64,000 nt of DNA from an uncultured cyanobacterium. GTDB lineage: Bacteria; Cyanobacteriota; Cyanobacteriia; PCC-9006; JAAUQQ01. Each line of letters opens with the position of its first letter. Position 1 is the stretch's first letter. Made by a program: the position numbers and the translations under genes. Below the pieces are notes generated by a model. The model saw nothing but the letters and a program-made list of their open reading frames with translations. It was not told where the DNA came from and did not search any database. The stretch spans positions 4,736,001 through 4,800,000 of the forward strand of contig OY970368.1 in assembly GCA_963718615.1 (NCBI GenBank), in the 5' to 3' direction. This document shows, in pieces, positions 1 to 13,022 of the stretch.

Positions 1-146
1 CGGTAAAGCGAATTCTTCCCCTGACGGGACATAAAAACAAAGGTGTAACTCACCTTCGGGCGTCTCCAGTTCCTGAATCTCTGAGGCTTGGTTTTGACCT
101 ACCCCCGTTAAAAAATCTGGGTTGCGATTGCCGATCATGGGTGAAG

Positions 147-512
147 CTAGCCCCTCAGTAACTGCTTGACGGTCCCTACAAGTTCCGTGGGTTGGAACGG
201 CTTCGCAATGTAGGCATCTGCGCCTTGCTTGATTCCCCAGTATCGATCAAACTCCTCGCCCTTGGAGGAACACATGACCACTGGCACCCCTTGGGTTCTG
301 GGATCATTTTTTAACCGGCGACAGAGTTCGTAACCGTTCATTCTGGGCATCACAATATCCAGGATAACGATGTCAGGCTGATGACTCTTAATGCGCTCAA
401 GGGCCTCTACGCCGTCGGTGGCAACGGACACATCCAGCCCACTCCCCCTCAGGAGATCGGTAATCATTTCCCGTTGAGCAGGACTATCTTCAACCACCAA
501 GACTGTACTCAT
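147..512 (-). CDS. pilH: CheY-like single-domain response regulator (PilH/HmpB type)
   Basis: MSTVLVVEDS...ILDIVMPRMNGYE...YIAKPF receiver motifs; start moved to ATG at 512; follows a PatA-type gene. Confidence 0.85.
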   Translation of the reverse strand: MSTVLVVEDSPAQREMITDLLRGSGLDVSVATDGVEALERIKSHQPDIVILDIVMPRMNGYELCRRLKNDPRTQGVPVVMCSSKGEEFDRYWGIKQGADAYIAKPFQPTELVGTVKQLLRG

Positions 513-746
513 TGTTGACCTCTGAGATTTTCCCGTTTGGAGAGTTACTAGCATGTGCGGGAAGCAGGTGAGAAACAACTGGGTTGCACCGTTATCCAGG
601 GCTCCAGCAGACCTGTGGCAAGCCTGAGCAATAGAGTATGCTTGGAAATCGCCCTTGGGAAAGACTCATAGCCCGCACCCTAGCAAATGCACCTAATCCC
701 TATGCCTCCTGGGATGATTCGCCGGGAAACATAAGCAGGCCCTACG

Positions 747-1985
747 CTAGGTGTCGGAGCTTAATTTGGCTTCATCGTTATCATGCCCCAATTTACCCTG
801 TAAAGCATCAGCTCCGTACTCCTCTTGTACCGCATTAAACGGCTGACCGGAGGAATTACCAGGACCAATATACTTTTCCAACAACATATGCAGCTCATCC
901 GTGCTAAATGGTTTTGTTAAGTAATCCGTTGCACCCACGAGACGAGCTTGGGTTCGGTCAACAAACCCTTCTTTCCCTGTCAGCATAATAATCGGTCGCT
1001 GCTGAAAACGCTGGGTCTGTCGCAGCATGGCGCAGAGTTCATAGCCGTTGAGCTTGGGCATATCAATATCACATAAGACTAAGGCCGGGGGATCACGGAG
1101 CAGTTCTCCTACCGCCTCTAGGGGGTTGTGAAAGGCGCGCACCGTATATCCCCAGGTTTGCAGCGTTTGGCGCAGAATCTCTAGGGTGGCTAGGGCATCG
1201 TCGATACAGACGATAACGTGGGAGGTGGGCTGGGGGGGAGGGGCGATCGCCTCCGAAGTCATGGCCCTAGGCAATTGCAGCCGCATCAAATGGGCTTCGA
1301 CATAGGGGTAAATGGCCTGGGCCACAGTCACAATTGAGCGGTTCAAGCGTCTGGCCATGCGCCGCAACGACAGGGTTCCATCGGCCCAGCGAGTTAAGTT
1401 TTGAAAAACCTCGTCGCCGACTTGCTTGCGGAGGGCGATCGCATCAATCACCTGAGGACATTGTTCAGGGGACACAATGGTCGGATAAAGCTGCTTCCAG
1501 CGATGCAGTTGAAACTGTAAAGCCTTTAAGCGCGGGCCAATCTCCAGCGTCGTAATGGGAGAAGCCGGAGCATTGCCCAATTCAAAGCGAAAGGCCCCCG
1601 CATGCAGACTGAGAACATCAAACAGGGTCTCATCCACCAACCGTTGTACAAGGGCAATGCCTTGCTCACGGCTGATTTGAGCCGTTTTTAGCAATTGCCA
1701 CAGAGCATCGTACTCCGGCATATGTAGCGGGAGCTGTAATACTTCAGACCCCTCTTCTGTTCGTCCGACTTCCGAGGGTAAACGATAAAGGCAATCTTCT
1801 AGCCGTTCGCTTCTCCCCGGCATCGAAGAGACCTGAACCGAAGAAGCATGTACAATTCGACCTTGGACGACCGAAATCAGCCAAGCCTGATGGTCAGCTT
1901 GCAACCACAACTCCCCAGTGCGCTGGCCGAGCTCGATGAGCTGCAAAATGGTATAAACATCAATTTCGTGAAGCTGGCCTTGCAT
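747..1985 (-). CDS. PatA-family response regulator (PATAN + REC; PilG/HmpA type)
   Basis: N-terminal MQGQLHEID..ILQLIELGQRTGEL (PATAN/DUF4388-like); C-terminal receiver LCDIDMP...YLTKPF; divergent from hmpF as in the Nostoc hmp locus. Confidence 0.88.
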   Translation of the reverse strand: MQGQLHEIDVYTILQLIELGQRTGELWLQADHQAWLISVVQGRIVHASSVQVSSMPGRSERLEDCLYRLPSEVGRTEEGSEVLQLPLHMPEYDALWQLLKTAQISREQGIALVQRLVDETLFDVLSLHAGAFRFELGNAPASPITTLEIGPRLKALQFQLHRWKQLYPTIVSPEQCPQVIDAIALRKQVGDEVFQNLTRWADGTLSLRRMARRLNRSIVTVAQAIYPYVEAHLMRLQLPRAMTSEAIAPPPQPTSHVIVCIDDALATLEILRQTLQTWGYTVRAFHNPLEAVGELLRDPPALVLCDIDMPKLNGYELCAMLRQTQRFQQRPIIMLTGKEGFVDRTQARLVGATDYLTKPFSTDELHMLLEKYIGPGNSSGQPFNAVQEEYGADALQGKLGHDNDEAKLSSDT

Positions 1986-2069
1986 GAAGTCTAAAGAAAA
2001 AAGATAGAGACGGCCCAGCCAAGAGGGGATTTAGATCTGTAAGCTATATAAAATTTATACATTCGATCG

Positions 2070-2078
2070 GGGCACTCT
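2070..2078 (+). promoter_or_regulatory. Candidate SigF/SigJ-type extended -10 (GGGCACTCT) upstream of hmpF
   Basis: Resembles the GGGaAtacT consensus; about 170 nt before the hmpF start. Confidence 0.35.
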
Positions 2079-2248
2079 AGGACTCAGTCATGCTCAGGTC
2101 AATGTCCAGTCAAGGTCAAACCGTTGCAACGATGACTGCCGGGAGCAGTTGAGCTAAGATTTAACCGAGTTTTCTAGGATGTAAGCCGGGTGGCCTACAT
2201 CACGCCCCCATTTTTAGATTCTTTAAGCATTTTAAGAGGGTAATCGGC

Positions 2249-3964
2249 GTGCAGTATCTGGCAGAAGTGCAAAAGAAAAGCGGCGGCCTGCTAGGAGCCA
2301 GCAAAGCCGAGCTGCGTCTGATTGCCTGTCAACGCTCTGAAGACAATTGGCAGGCCATGGCAGGCAGTAACGTGATTTCCACGGATAAAGCCAGTGACTA
2401 TGGCTCTGGCACGCTGGTGATCGCCGAAATCGCGGGCAATGACGTCAAACGCGTCAGCGCTGCAACGCAACCCGTTCTCAAAATCCTTCAGCATTATTCG
2501 CGGCTTCAGGAGAAGCTAAAGGACAAAGACGATGATATTGAACAATGGAAGCAGTCGCTGACCTATCAAAGTCAGGAACTGAATCGCCGTGTCATGGAGG
2601 TTGAGGTTCGCGAGGAACAGCTCCAGCAAGCCAGCGAAGAACTCGCCCGACTCGAACAACAGCGTCAGGAAGTCACGGTTTTACGCGAAGAGATTCAGCG
2701 CAATCAGGCGGAGATTGAAACGAAGCAGCAGGAAATTACCGCAGCTTGGTCACAGCTAGAGACGGAGCGACATCATCTAGAACACCAGCTTCAGACCGGA
2801 CAAGGTGGAGGTTCGTTGGATCCCGTGCAACTTCAGTCCCTGGCGGGACAGCTCCACCAATTGGAGGCCGCTGCGCCTGCGGTGGATGAGGTTCAGGCTC
2901 GTGTGGCTCAACTGTTTGAGCAAGTTCAACAGCAGCAGCCCATATTGGACCAGTATTGGCACCAAGCCGAAGCAGGGGGCTCGGCAGCAGACATCGATAC
3001 CTCTTTGCCGACACTTCAGCAGGCTTGGGCGGCTTGGTCGGAGGGGCAAGCGGATCTAGAGCGTTTGCGGGGAGAACTGGCAGCGCTACGACGAGAGCTG
3101 AGTGTGAAGTCTCAGGCCGCAGAAACGCTTCAACGCCAGCTCAAGGCCAATAGATTGCTCAAACAGCAGTTGACCCATTTGGCGGGAGGACTGGATCCGG
3201 ATATTGCCGCTCAAATTGATTTTCCAGCTCTAGAGCAAATGTCCATAGAAGAGCTAGAGAGCAAGGTTCAGGATTTGCAGACGGACTATAAGCGCATCTT
3301 TAATTTTGTTAACGACCAAGAGGAGGAGCTGCGGTTCCAGCTCCAGGCGGTCGATGAGTTAAAGCAAAAAATTGCGGAGGCGAGTGAGTTCGATCGCCTC
3401 ACCCTAGAAACGGAGTTGGCCGATGAACAGGACAGCTACCGCATCTTAGATGAGTCCATGTTTGACCAGCGTCGTACGCTCAACGAACGCAAGACGATTT
3501 TGTCTCAGTATGAATCGATTTTGGCAAAACGTCGGGGGCAGTCTGTACCAGAGGCTGAACCCAGTATTGACCTAGGTCCTCTGCTGTCCCAATTGGCTGC
3601 GGATACGGTTCAGTACAACCAACAGCTAGAGGATCTCAAGGCACAAATTCAAACCCTCGAAGCCCAGCAACAGGATCTCGAAGTCCGGGTGAACCAGCAG
3701 ACGGCGGTTCAAATGCAGAAGCGTCAGGACCTGGATCAGCTCTCCAGAACCCTTTCGGTTAGCGGCGGGGGATTGGGGGATACTTATCGAGCGGTGCTGC
3801 ACCCTGTGCAGGAGCTAGTCAATCAACTGCGGCAACAGCTTGAAGGGCTGAAGGGGGATTGCGATCGCCTCCAGGAATCCCGTCATTATCAGCATCAGCT
3901 CCTGGCAGGGCTCCAGCAAACCCTAGCGGATCTGGGAGGGACGGTCTATTCTGACGCAGCCTAA
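2249..3964 (+). CDS. hmpF: Pilus motility/taxis coiled-coil protein HmpF
   Basis: N-terminus MQYLAEVQKK..AELRLIACQRSEDNW, then long coiled coils with IEQWKQSLTYQSQELNRR; synteny with PatA/CheY genes. Confidence 0.88.
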   Translation: MQYLAEVQKKSGGLLGASKAELRLIACQRSEDNWQAMAGSNVISTDKASDYGSGTLVIAEIAGNDVKRVSAATQPVLKILQHYSRLQEKLKDKDDDIEQWKQSLTYQSQELNRRVMEVEVREEQLQQASEELARLEQQRQEVTVLREEIQRNQAEIETKQQEITAAWSQLETERHHLEHQLQTGQGGGSLDPVQLQSLAGQLHQLEAAAPAVDEVQARVAQLFEQVQQQQPILDQYWHQAEAGGSAADIDTSLPTLQQAWAAWSEGQADLERLRGELAALRRELSVKSQAAETLQRQLKANRLLKQQLTHLAGGLDPDIAAQIDFPALEQMSIEELESKVQDLQTDYKRIFNFVNDQEEELRFQLQAVDELKQKIAEASEFDRLTLETELADEQDSYRILDESMFDQRRTLNERKTILSQYESILAKRRGQSVPEAEPSIDLGPLLSQLAADTVQYNQQLEDLKAQIQTLEAQQQDLEVRVNQQTAVQMQKRQDLDQLSRTLSVSGGGLGDTYRAVLHPVQELVNQLRQQLEGLKGDCDRLQESRHYQHQLLAGLQQTLADLGGTVYSDAA

Positions 3965-3970
3965 AGCGGC

Positions 3971-4675
3971 TCAATCCCCCAGATCATCCCTAATCGACTG
4001 TCGCAGCAGCAGTCGGCTGGGTCGTTTCCAGAAGAATTCTTCCCAGGACGGGTCGACCCGCTGAAAGCGATAGCCGAGCTGGGTGTAGAGTTGTCGCGCC
4101 GGTTGATTATTTTCCAGCACATGCAGGTATAAATCCTGATAGCCCTGGGTCTGGGCAAAGGTCCGGCAGGTAGTGAGCAACCGCCGAGCAATCCCCTGGC
4201 GTCGAACCGTGCGACAAACGGCCAGATTAGAGAGATAGGGTGAGCCGCTGGGGCCGGACACCGCCCATTGCAGCATCGCTTGTGAAAAGCAATCTGTCCC
4301 GCCTAGACCTGCTAGCCAGCGCTGGGCGCGCACGGTCAGCTCTACGGTTCCCACCAAGGTTTCTTCAAGTAAGGTTTCTTCAAATTTGGCTGGGCGCATT
4401 TCCCCTGGGGGCGAGGCGGTTCCTGCAGCTCGAACTTGCACGGCAACCCAGCAGGCATAATCCTGTGAGGGCTGTTTTAAGCGCAAACGCAGATCTTCTT
4501 GAATACTGAACCGCATCAAGGGATAAAGCCAGTCCCAGGGCATCTCCAAGGGATTGAAGCATTGAGCCAAGAGCGTCGCTAGAGCGGGCAAATCCTCGAT
4601 AACGGCTCGACGAATCTGGATGTCACCGACCTGTACGCTCGGCCTTGGCAATGAAGCTCCCTTGTCACTGGCCAT
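3971..4675 (-). CDS. GNAT-family N-acetyltransferase
   Basis: YLSNLAV...RRQGIARRLL acetyl-CoA motif and LHVLENNQPARQLY..LGY; start taken as MASDKG at 4675. Confidence 0.85.
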   Translation of the reverse strand: MASDKGASLPRPSVQVGDIQIRRAVIEDLPALATLLAQCFNPLEMPWDWLYPLMRFSIQEDLRLRLKQPSQDYACWVAVQVRAAGTASPPGEMRPAKFEETLLEETLVGTVELTVRAQRWLAGLGGTDCFSQAMLQWAVSGPSGSPYLSNLAVCRTVRRQGIARRLLTTCRTFAQTQGYQDLYLHVLENNQPARQLYTQLGYRFQRVDPSWEEFFWKRPSRLLLRQSIRDDLGD

Positions 4676-4679
4676 CAGA

Positions 4680-5513
4680 CTAATCCTGCTGGTGAGAGAA
4701 CTGATAGGCCCCGGCGGCGGAGAGGGCGATCGCCAATACCAACAGCACAACCCCATTCACCCAGGGAAACTGACTCCAGGGCTGATAGGCCGCCGCCCGC
4801 AGTCCGGTTGTGGCGTAGGTCAGGGGCAGGCAATAGACAACGATTTTGAGCAGGGGGGGCAGCGTCGAGGGGTCAAAGAATGTTGCGCCCAGAAAGGACA
4901 TCGGCACAATCAAAAAGTTGTTATAGAGGCCGACGCTCTCTAGGGACTTCACCCGCAACCCAGTCAGGACGCCAATTCCCGCAAAGACGGCGCAGTTCAA
5001 AATCAGAATCAGCCAGAACAGCGGATTGAGGAAACTCCAGGGCTGGCCGGTAAACAGGATGGCGACAAAAATAACTGAAGCGGACGTGAGCAACCCCCGC
5101 AAAATCCCGGCCATCATCTTGCCCAAATGCAAAGCCAAGGGATGAACCGGCAGGAGCAGCATTTCCTCGAAGGTTTTGGAAAACAGCCGCTCGCCACAGA
5201 TGGAAAACGTCGTGCCACCAAAGCTAATGGCCATGGAGGACAGGGCCACCATCCCCGGCAAAATAAATTCCAGGTAGCTGCCGTAGTCTGTACTGATGCT
5301 GGTGCCGGGACGAATCGAATTCCCTAACCCTAAGCCAAAGGCCACGATGTAAATCAACGGTGAAATCAGTCCTGAAGAAATCACTTGGGTAATGCGGGCA
5401 CGCAGATCCAACCAATCTCCCCAGAAGACGGTGAGGCTATCTTGCCAGAGGTATTTCAAGGGATTGCGGGGCGATCGCCCCAATTCAGCAGCATTCACAG
5501 GGGCAGAAGTCAT
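4680..5513 (-). CDS. ABC-2 type transporter permease
   Basis: About six hydrophobic segments; YLEFILPGMVA, PMSFLGATFF and LPLTY motifs. Confidence 0.85.
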   Translation of the reverse strand: MTSAPVNAAELGRSPRNPLKYLWQDSLTVFWGDWLDLRARITQVISSGLISPLIYIVAFGLGLGNSIRPGTSISTDYGSYLEFILPGMVALSSMAISFGGTTFSICGERLFSKTFEEMLLLPVHPLALHLGKMMAGILRGLLTSASVIFVAILFTGQPWSFLNPLFWLILILNCAVFAGIGVLTGLRVKSLESVGLYNNFLIVPMSFLGATFFDPSTLPPLLKIVVYCLPLTYATTGLRAAAYQPWSQFPWVNGVVLLVLAIALSAAGAYQFSHQQD

Positions 5514-5580
5514 GGCAAGGTAGGCAGCACGGACTGAAGAAAATTGTACATGGCCCGTCGTCGCGGGATGGGATCAATCT

Positions 5581-5643
5581 AGAGTCACGCACCAGAGTCA
5601 CGCACCAGAGTCACGCACCAGAGTCACGCACCAGAGTCACGCA
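5581..5643. repeat. Tandem repeat of the 13-mer AGAGTCACGCACC (4 full copies + 1 partial)
   Basis: Seen directly, just past the surE stop codon. Confidence 0.95.
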
Positions 5644-5647
5644 AGGT

Positions 5648-6433
5648 TTACGGGTGAAACGCCGGAAGTTGGGCAAAGCTATCGTAGGCCGTCCAGTCGT
5701 AATGGAGGGGGGTGAGGGTGATGTAGTTCTCCCGAATCGCTTGGACATCCGGGGGCGCCAGATCCGGGCGGGGCGGGTTAAAGGCTTCTACGTCTTCTAG
5801 AACTTCGCCTGCCAGCCAAAAATAGGTTTTGCCCCGAGGATCGACCCGGCGTTCAAAGACATCAATATAGCGGCGAATGCCCTGGCGGGTGAGCTTGACC
5901 CCGGCGATCGCCTCTTTCCCCACCGCCGGAACATTGACATTCAGCAACACCCCTGGGGGCAACGGATTTTCCTTGAGCTGGTCCACCAGGGTGCAGGCAA
6001 AATCAGCGGCCACCTGAAACTGCTGGGATTTGTAGCTCGCCAAACTAAACGCCACACTGGGAACCCCTTCGATGTTGCCCTCCATGGCGGCGGATACCGT
6101 CCCAGAGTAAATGACATCGGTGCCCAGATTAGGACCATGGTTAATCCCAGACAGGACCAAATCCGGTTTGTCCTCCAGCATGGCTCCCAGGGCTAATTTG
6201 ATACAGTCGGAGGGGGTGCCGGAACAGGCCCAAGCTTCAATGCCTTCTGCAAAAATGGCACTGACTTGCTCGGCCCGGATGGGGTCATGGATAGTGAGGC
6301 CGTGGCCCGTGGCGGAGCGTTCGCGATCGGGACAGACCACTGTGACCTGGTGACCGGCAGCGGCTAGGGTATTGGCGAGGGTGCGGATGCCGAGGGCGAA
6401 GATGCCGTCGTCGTTGCTGATCAGGAGTCGCAT
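5648..6433 (-). CDS. surE: 5'/3'-nucleotidase SurE
   Basis: [35 protein letters not shown] motifs. Confidence 0.97.
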   Translation of the reverse strand: MRLLISNDDGIFALGIRTLANTLAAAGHQVTVVCPDRERSATGHGLTIHDPIRAEQVSAIFAEGIEAWACSGTPSDCIKLALGAMLEDKPDLVLSGINHGPNLGTDVIYSGTVSAAMEGNIEGVPSVAFSLASYKSQQFQVAADFACTLVDQLKENPLPPGVLLNVNVPAVGKEAIAGVKLTRQGIRRYIDVFERRVDPRGKTYFWLAGEVLEDVEAFNPPRPDLAPPDVQAIRENYITLTPLHYDWTAYDSFAQLPAFHP

Positions 6434-6454
6434 GGGGGAAGAGAGGGGTAGGAG

Positions 6455-6497
6455 GTGATGGGTTGGGGGGTGATGGGTGATGGGTGATGGGGTGGGG
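6455..6497. repeat. Degenerate heptamer tandem repeat (GGTGATG; STRR-like) between surE and pheS
   Basis: GGTGATG repeated about 4 times in a G-rich tract. Confidence 0.7.
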
Positions 6498-6591
6498 CGT
6501 TTGGATTTTAGCTTGCAGCTTTGGGGTTTGGGGGTGCTGCGATCGGGTTTGTTTGCCGTGTAGGATGGTTTTGGCTTAAGTGGACAAGATT

Positions 6592-7596
6592 ATGACGACG
6601 ATTTCGGTGAGTGATCTAGAGGCTCAGCTCGATACGCTTCAGTCTGAGGCCCAGGGGGCGATCGCCGCTGCGGAATCCCTGGAGGATCTAGAAAAGTTGC
6701 GGGTTCGGTTCCTGGGGAAGAAGGGAGAACTCTCGAAGGTGTTGGGGGGGATGGGGAAGCTGGATGCGGGCGATCGCCCTCGTATCGGTAGCCGCGCCAA
6801 TGAGATTAAAACAGAACTGCAGGACGGCCTAGACGGCAAACGCGAGGCGCTCCAAGGGGCACAGCTAGCGGCCCAACTCCAGGCAGAGGTGTTGGATGTG
6901 ACGATGCCGGGGCAATATCAGCCCCAGGGACGGCGGCATCCCTTGAATAGCACCATCGATCGCATTCTCGATATCCTCGTGGGTCTGGGTTACACGGTGG
7001 CCTCGGGTCCGGAAATGGAGTCGGATTACTACAACTTCGAGGCGCTGAATACGCCCCAGGACCATCCGGCGCGGGATATGCAGGATACGTTTTACCTGCC
7101 CGATGGTAATCTGCTGCGGACCCACACTTCGTCGGTGCAAATCCGCTATATGGAAAACCATGCGCCGCCCATTCGGGTCGTGGCTCCAGGACGGGTTTAT
7201 CGCCGGGATACGGTGGATGCGACCCACTCGGCGGTGTTTCACCAGATTGAGTTGCTGGCGGTGGACCGCAATTTGACGTTCGGCGATTTGAAAGGGACCG
7301 TCAAGACGTTTCTCCAGGAGATTTTTGGAGATTTGCCGATTCGGTTCCGAGCCAGCTATTTCCCGTTCACAGAGCCCTCGGCGGAGGTGGATGTGCAGTG
7401 GCAGGGCCAGTGGCTGGAGGTCATGGGCTGCGGCATGGTGGACCCGAATGTGTTCAAATCCGTGGGCTACGACGGCGAAGAATACACAGGCTTTGCGGCG
7501 GGGATCGGGGTCGAGCGCTTCGCCATGGTCCTACACCAACTGGACGACATTCGGCGGCTCTATAGCAGTGACCTGCGCTTTCTCAAACAGTTCTAG
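6592..7596 (+). CDS. pheS: Phenylalanine-tRNA ligase alpha subunit
   Basis: [29 protein letters not shown] and [13 protein letters not shown] motifs. Confidence 0.98.
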   Translation: MTTISVSDLEAQLDTLQSEAQGAIAAAESLEDLEKLRVRFLGKKGELSKVLGGMGKLDAGDRPRIGSRANEIKTELQDGLDGKREALQGAQLAAQLQAEVLDVTMPGQYQPQGRRHPLNSTIDRILDILVGLGYTVASGPEMESDYYNFEALNTPQDHPARDMQDTFYLPDGNLLRTHTSSVQIRYMENHAPPIRVVAPGRVYRRDTVDATHSAVFHQIELLAVDRNLTFGDLKGTVKTFLQEIFGDLPIRFRASYFPFTEPSAEVDVQWQGQWLEVMGCGMVDPNVFKSVGYDGEEYTGFAAGIGVERFAMVLHQLDDIRRLYSSDLRFLKQF

Positions 7597-9599
7597 GAAT
7601 GGGAATGCAACAGAACTTGCCCCCCATTGGCCAAAAAGCCGGTAGTAGCTTCGGCAGACAGGGGCGGACAGAGATAATCCCCTTGGCCTTTGGTGCAGTT
7701 GAGCTCGCGCAAAATCGCGAGCTGCTTCGCCGTTTCAATCCCCTGGGCTACGCCCATCAGGCCAAGCCCCTGGCTCAAGGCTAAGAGGGAGGAGACGATC
7801 GCCCGGTCCTGTTGGCCGGAACGGCCCGACATTAGCAAACCTTGAATCAGCCGCCGATCGATCTTGAGCATCTGAACGGGCCACTGCTTAAGATGCTCAA
7901 GACTCATACTCCCGCGACCAAAACGGTCTAAGACCAGCGGCGTCCCATGGCTGCGTAGGGCTTGCAACAGACTAATCATTTGTTGGGGATGCTTGCGCAG
8001 AGAGCTTTCGGTGACCTCTAGGGCCAACTGCTGGGGATGGATCTGGGCGATCGCCAGCGTCTGTTGAAACCGCTCCAAAAACCCTGAGGCTTGCACCTGA
8101 CGCGGCGACAAATTCACCGCAACCTGCTGAACGGAAAAACCCGCCCTTTGCCATTGCTGCAATTGATCACAGGCCGATTGCAAAATCCACTCCCCTAAAC
8201 CCACGATCATCGTGGTCGACTCGGCAAAGGAGAGAAACTGCTCCGCTGTCAATAGGCCACGACTGGGATGCTGCCAGCGGAGCAGCGCTTCCAGGCTGCA
8301 CAGTTGGCCGCTGAGTAAGTCCACACAGGGCTGGTAATAGAGCTGAAACTCTTGCTCATCCAGCGCGCGTCGCAGTTCCTTTTCCCAGGTCAACCGCTCG
8401 GACATGAGGGAGTTCATCTCAGGCCGAAAAAACTGATAATGATTGCGACCCGATTCCTTCACCCGATAGAGCGCCGTATCCGCGTTGCGCAAGAGGGTTT
8501 GTAAATCGGTGCCGTCTTGGGGATAAATGGCGATGCCAATACTGCCGGAGATTTCTAGGGTTTGATCGGCGATGGCAAAGGGCTGACGTAGCGCCGCTAA
8601 CAGCCGCTGGCAAATTTGAATCACATCTTGGCTGGATTGCAAGCTGGGTAGACAGAGCGTAAATTCGTCCCCACCCCACCGGGCCAAAATGTCCTCTTCC
8701 CGTAAACATTCCTGGAGACGCTTTGTGGCTTCGATCAAGAGCTGATCGCCCACATCATGGCCCAAGGAATCGTTGATCCCTTTGAAGCGATCGAGATCCA
8801 AAAACATCACCGCCAACTGCTCTCCCGCCCGTCGGGCATGGGCGATCGCCAAGGGCAACCGATGGTGAAACAGCATCCGATTGGGCAACCCCGTGAGCAA
8901 ATCGTGAAAGGCTTGATGCTGAATTTTTTGCTCCGTGCGCTGTCGATGAATGGCGCTTCCCAGATTTTGGGCCAACGAAGCCAGCACCGTCCGCTCTGTC
9001 ATGGACCAAACTCGAGGCTGTTGGTAGTCTTCACAGCCGATGTATCCCCACAATTCCTGCTGGTCCACCCAGATGGGCAAGAGGAGGGTGGATTGCACCC
9101 CGGCTTTTTGCAGCAGCTTCTGTTCCTCGGGGGGAAATTCGGTGGAGAGTCCGGCGATCGCCTCCTGGGCCAGAAAGCTCTCGTACCAGCGGCTTAGACC
9201 CAATTGACCATAGGACTGGGGTTTCTCCAGGCCCACGGTGGGTGCAATGCGCAGCGCAGGACCAGCAGCGGCGGACAAGCCACTATCATCAATCTGCTCG
9301 CAGCGCAGACAAAAGCCCACCTCAGACTGACCGCCCTCGTCAGACCGGACCACCCACTGATGCTCACACAAATACAGCCGCTCCACCTCTAGGGCCTGCC
9401 GCAATGACTCCAGCGCGCGGGGAAATGCCGCTGCTAGATTGGGCTGCTGCAACAATACGCAGGTTGCGTCTGCAAGCCCCTGTAAATACCGCTCTCGCCG
9501 AAGCATCATCGCCATAGTATCTTGCTTCACCTCAGGATATCCGGGAGGGGATGACTCAGGATTGGGGGATTGGTGGGTATACAGGGAAAACAAAGGCAT
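7593..9599 (-). CDS. GAF-GGDEF-EAL protein (diguanylate cyclase with degenerate EAL)
   Basis: GAF region; [10 protein letters not shown]; REED..RWGGDEF; EALLRW present, but DRFGRG and AQGIE replace DDFGTG and AEGVE. Confidence 0.92.
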   Translation of the reverse strand: MPLFSLYTHQSPNPESSPPGYPEVKQDTMAMMLRRERYLQGLADATCVLLQQPNLAAAFPRALESLRQALEVERLYLCEHQWVVRSDEGGQSEVGFCLRCEQIDDSGLSAAAGPALRIAPTVGLEKPQSYGQLGLSRWYESFLAQEAIAGLSTEFPPEEQKLLQKAGVQSTLLLPIWVDQQELWGYIGCEDYQQPRVWSMTERTVLASLAQNLGSAIHRQRTEQKIQHQAFHDLLTGLPNRMLFHHRLPLAIAHARRAGEQLAVMFLDLDRFKGINDSLGHDVGDQLLIEATKRLQECLREEDILARWGGDEFTLCLPSLQSSQDVIQICQRLLAALRQPFAIADQTLEISGSIGIAIYPQDGTDLQTLLRNADTALYRVKESGRNHYQFFRPEMNSLMSERLTWEKELRRALDEQEFQLYYQPCVDLLSGQLCSLEALLRWQHPSRGLLTAEQFLSFAESTTMIVGLGEWILQSACDQLQQWQRAGFSVQQVAVNLSPRQVQASGFLERFQQTLAIAQIHPQQLALEVTESSLRKHPQQMISLLQALRSHGTPLVLDRFGRGSMSLEHLKQWPVQMLKIDRRLIQGLLMSGRSGQQDRAIVSSLLALSQGLGLMGVAQGIETAKQLAILRELNCTKGQGDYLCPPLSAEATTGFLANGGQVLLHSHS

Positions 9600-10295
9600 A
9601 ATCCCAAACGCTCAAAGGCGTTTCTAGGGGAGACGCGCGATTAAATCATGCAACCATGGACCGAGGTAATTATTTACCCGAGGGGGAATCAAACTTATAA
9701 CCGTCAATAATGGCAGAGAAAGACTTCTGTGATCCCTACCAGAGGGACACAGCAATTCACCAGTAATTTGACAATCGCAAGGTCTTCATCAGATCCATCA
9801 AAATTACGCTCCTACCCCTGACTCTCATTCATTAAATCATTTAGAGCCTAACTTCCAGCAAAACCTCCAGCCCTTTTTGCAATCCTCATCAATCCTGATT
9901 TCCGCTCAAGTCTGTGGTCCCGGATCAAGATCGATACCAAGCCCCTAGAAAGCCCTTGCGGTTTCTACAAATTCCAAAGGTACTTGAAGCCCTGATTAAT
10001 TGATGTTTTATGGTAATGAATCTTCCCACGACTATTTTTCGCTGCAAAGATTTTTATTACTTTAAGCGATCAATTTTACATAGACAAAGTTCCTGGCATA
10101 AGTCTTGAAATGCTTAACATTTCTACCGATCTTCCCCTCTTTTTAGAGTTTTTAAGCCTAAAGCTCCATGGGAAAGAGAAGGCTTTCTCCTAGATTCATG
10201 GAAAATGATCATGGGAAAAGAGCCCCCAATAGCCATAGCGATTAGAGACTCTTTTAGCCTTAAGATTTGTATCAGAAACAGAGTCTAAAAGCTGC

Positions 10296-11600
<1,305 letters not shown>

Positions 11601-11743
11601 TCATAGCCCCTTGGCTGCTGCGGTAGCGTACCTGGGGAACATCGCAATGGTTGTTTACGTTTTTTTAAGCAAATGATGCCTAATCTGGCGATCTTAAAAT
11701 CAAGACATGGAAAATCAAGACAGGGCTCAATGAGGACGAAACT

Positions 11744-12139
11744 ATGCGAATGCTACACACGATGCTGCGAGTCGGGGATCTCGAGAAGTCCCTCCAGTTC
11801 TATTGCGAGGTCCTGGGGATGCAGAAGCTGCGCCAGAAGGACTATCCCGATGGGCGGTTTACGCTGGCGTTTGTGGGCTATGGGGAGGAAGCTAGCCATA
11901 CGGTGATTGAGCTGACACACAATTGGGATACGGATCACTACGACCTCGGCGATGGCTATGGTCACATTGCCTTGGGGGTTGAGGATATCTACGGGACCTG
12001 CGAGGCCATCAAGCAGCGTGGGGGCCAGGTGACGCGGGAGCCGGGGCCAATGAAACATGGCTCGACAGTAATTGCGTTTGTAGCGGATCCGGATGGCTAC
12101 AAGATTGAGTTGATTCAGTTAGGGAGTCGGCAGGGGTAA
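11744..12139 (+). CDS. gloA: Lactoylglutathione lyase (glyoxalase I)
   Basis: [34 protein letters not shown]. Confidence 0.97.
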   Translation: MRMLHTMLRVGDLEKSLQFYCEVLGMQKLRQKDYPDGRFTLAFVGYGEEASHTVIELTHNWDTDHYDLGDGYGHIALGVEDIYGTCEAIKQRGGQVTREPGPMKHGSTVIAFVADPDGYKIELIQLGSRQG

Positions 12140-12167
12140 GTTTTTAATCGAGGAGGGGGGCAGACAC

Positions 12168-12228
12168 CGGGTGTTTTCTCTCGGCGAGACCGACTGGCTG
12201 GCCAGTGAGCAAAACACCCGATTTTTTT
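12168..12228 (+). terminator. Stem-loop plus T-tract after gloA
   Basis: CGGGTGTTTT (12168-77) / AAAACACCCG (12211-20) followed by ATTTTTTT. Confidence 0.6.
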
Positions 12229-12536
12229 AAGTGCTAATCGTTATACTTATCAACTGGGCACTTCAATGGGACCACACAGAAATGGAGGGCTCACCAAATC
12301 GGGTATAACCAGCCTAAAACCCTGATTCTTTCGTTGATTTTTGGAATTTATGCAAAATTCTGATCACTCTCGTTATCGTAATAGCCAATTCAATCTTTTT
12401 TATATTTCTAGCTTTTCATAAAGGCATATACAACCTCACTCAAGCGTGAGCACCATTGAGTCACCACTAAGGGCGGAATGCTCCGCCAACAAGCTCTAGG
12501 CTACGTCTCCACAGAGCACTAAAGTTATATAACGCA

Positions 12537-13022
12537 TTAGGCTTTTCTTCCGGCTTCGGGCTCAGAAATATTTTCAATTTCGACAATATTCCATTTAAGC
12601 CCCTTATTTCTATAGATTCTTTTCCTTTGCAAGGGATAGTCACCCACGTCGTGGTCGAGACGCTGCCCAACGACGATGCATTTAAGAATGCGTTCACCGG
12701 TATTCTTCAATAGGTGTGCTTCGCCGCCAGCACGATAGCCAATGAAGTCACCGGCTTTTACTTGGTGTGTGGTTTCGCCAATAATTGCTTCTGCTTCGCC
12801 TTCTAAGATATATACACATTCGTCCTCGTGATAGTGCTTATGCAGCTCAGTTGATTCGTAGCCTGGCTCAATCTCTATGACGTGAAATCCAAATCCGTTC
12901 AGGCCAGTCATATCACCTAGGGATTTGTTCACTCGTCTCGCATTGGGATTAAGGAAATGAGTCTTTCGCAGACCCTCATAAGCGTCGATTTCTTCCTTCG
13001 TGACGATGTACTTTTCCATCAC
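12537..13022 (-). CDS. Cupin-domain protein in an AT-rich segment, probably acquired
   Basis: HKHYHEDECVYILEG and GDFIGYRAGGEAH cupin motifs; AT-rich codon use, no HIP1. Confidence 0.88.
   Translation of the reverse strand: MMEKYIVTKEEIDAYEGLRKTHFLNPNARRVNKSLGDMTGLNGFGFHVIEIEPGYESTELHKHYHEDECVYILEGEAEAIIGETTHQVKAGDFIGYRAGGEAHLLKNTGERILKCIVVGQRLDHDVGDYPLQRKRIYRNKGLKWNIVEIENISEPEAGRKA

Noticed and set aside
5581-5643. Possible CRISPR array
   Set aside because: The 13-bp units are contiguous with no spacers, and there are no cas genes in the window
9600-10295. Possible c-di-GMP riboswitch or hidden gene upstream of the GGDEF-EAL gene
   Set aside because: No recognisable riboswitch motif or credible ORF; looks like AT-rich promoter DNA plus the eno 3' hairpin
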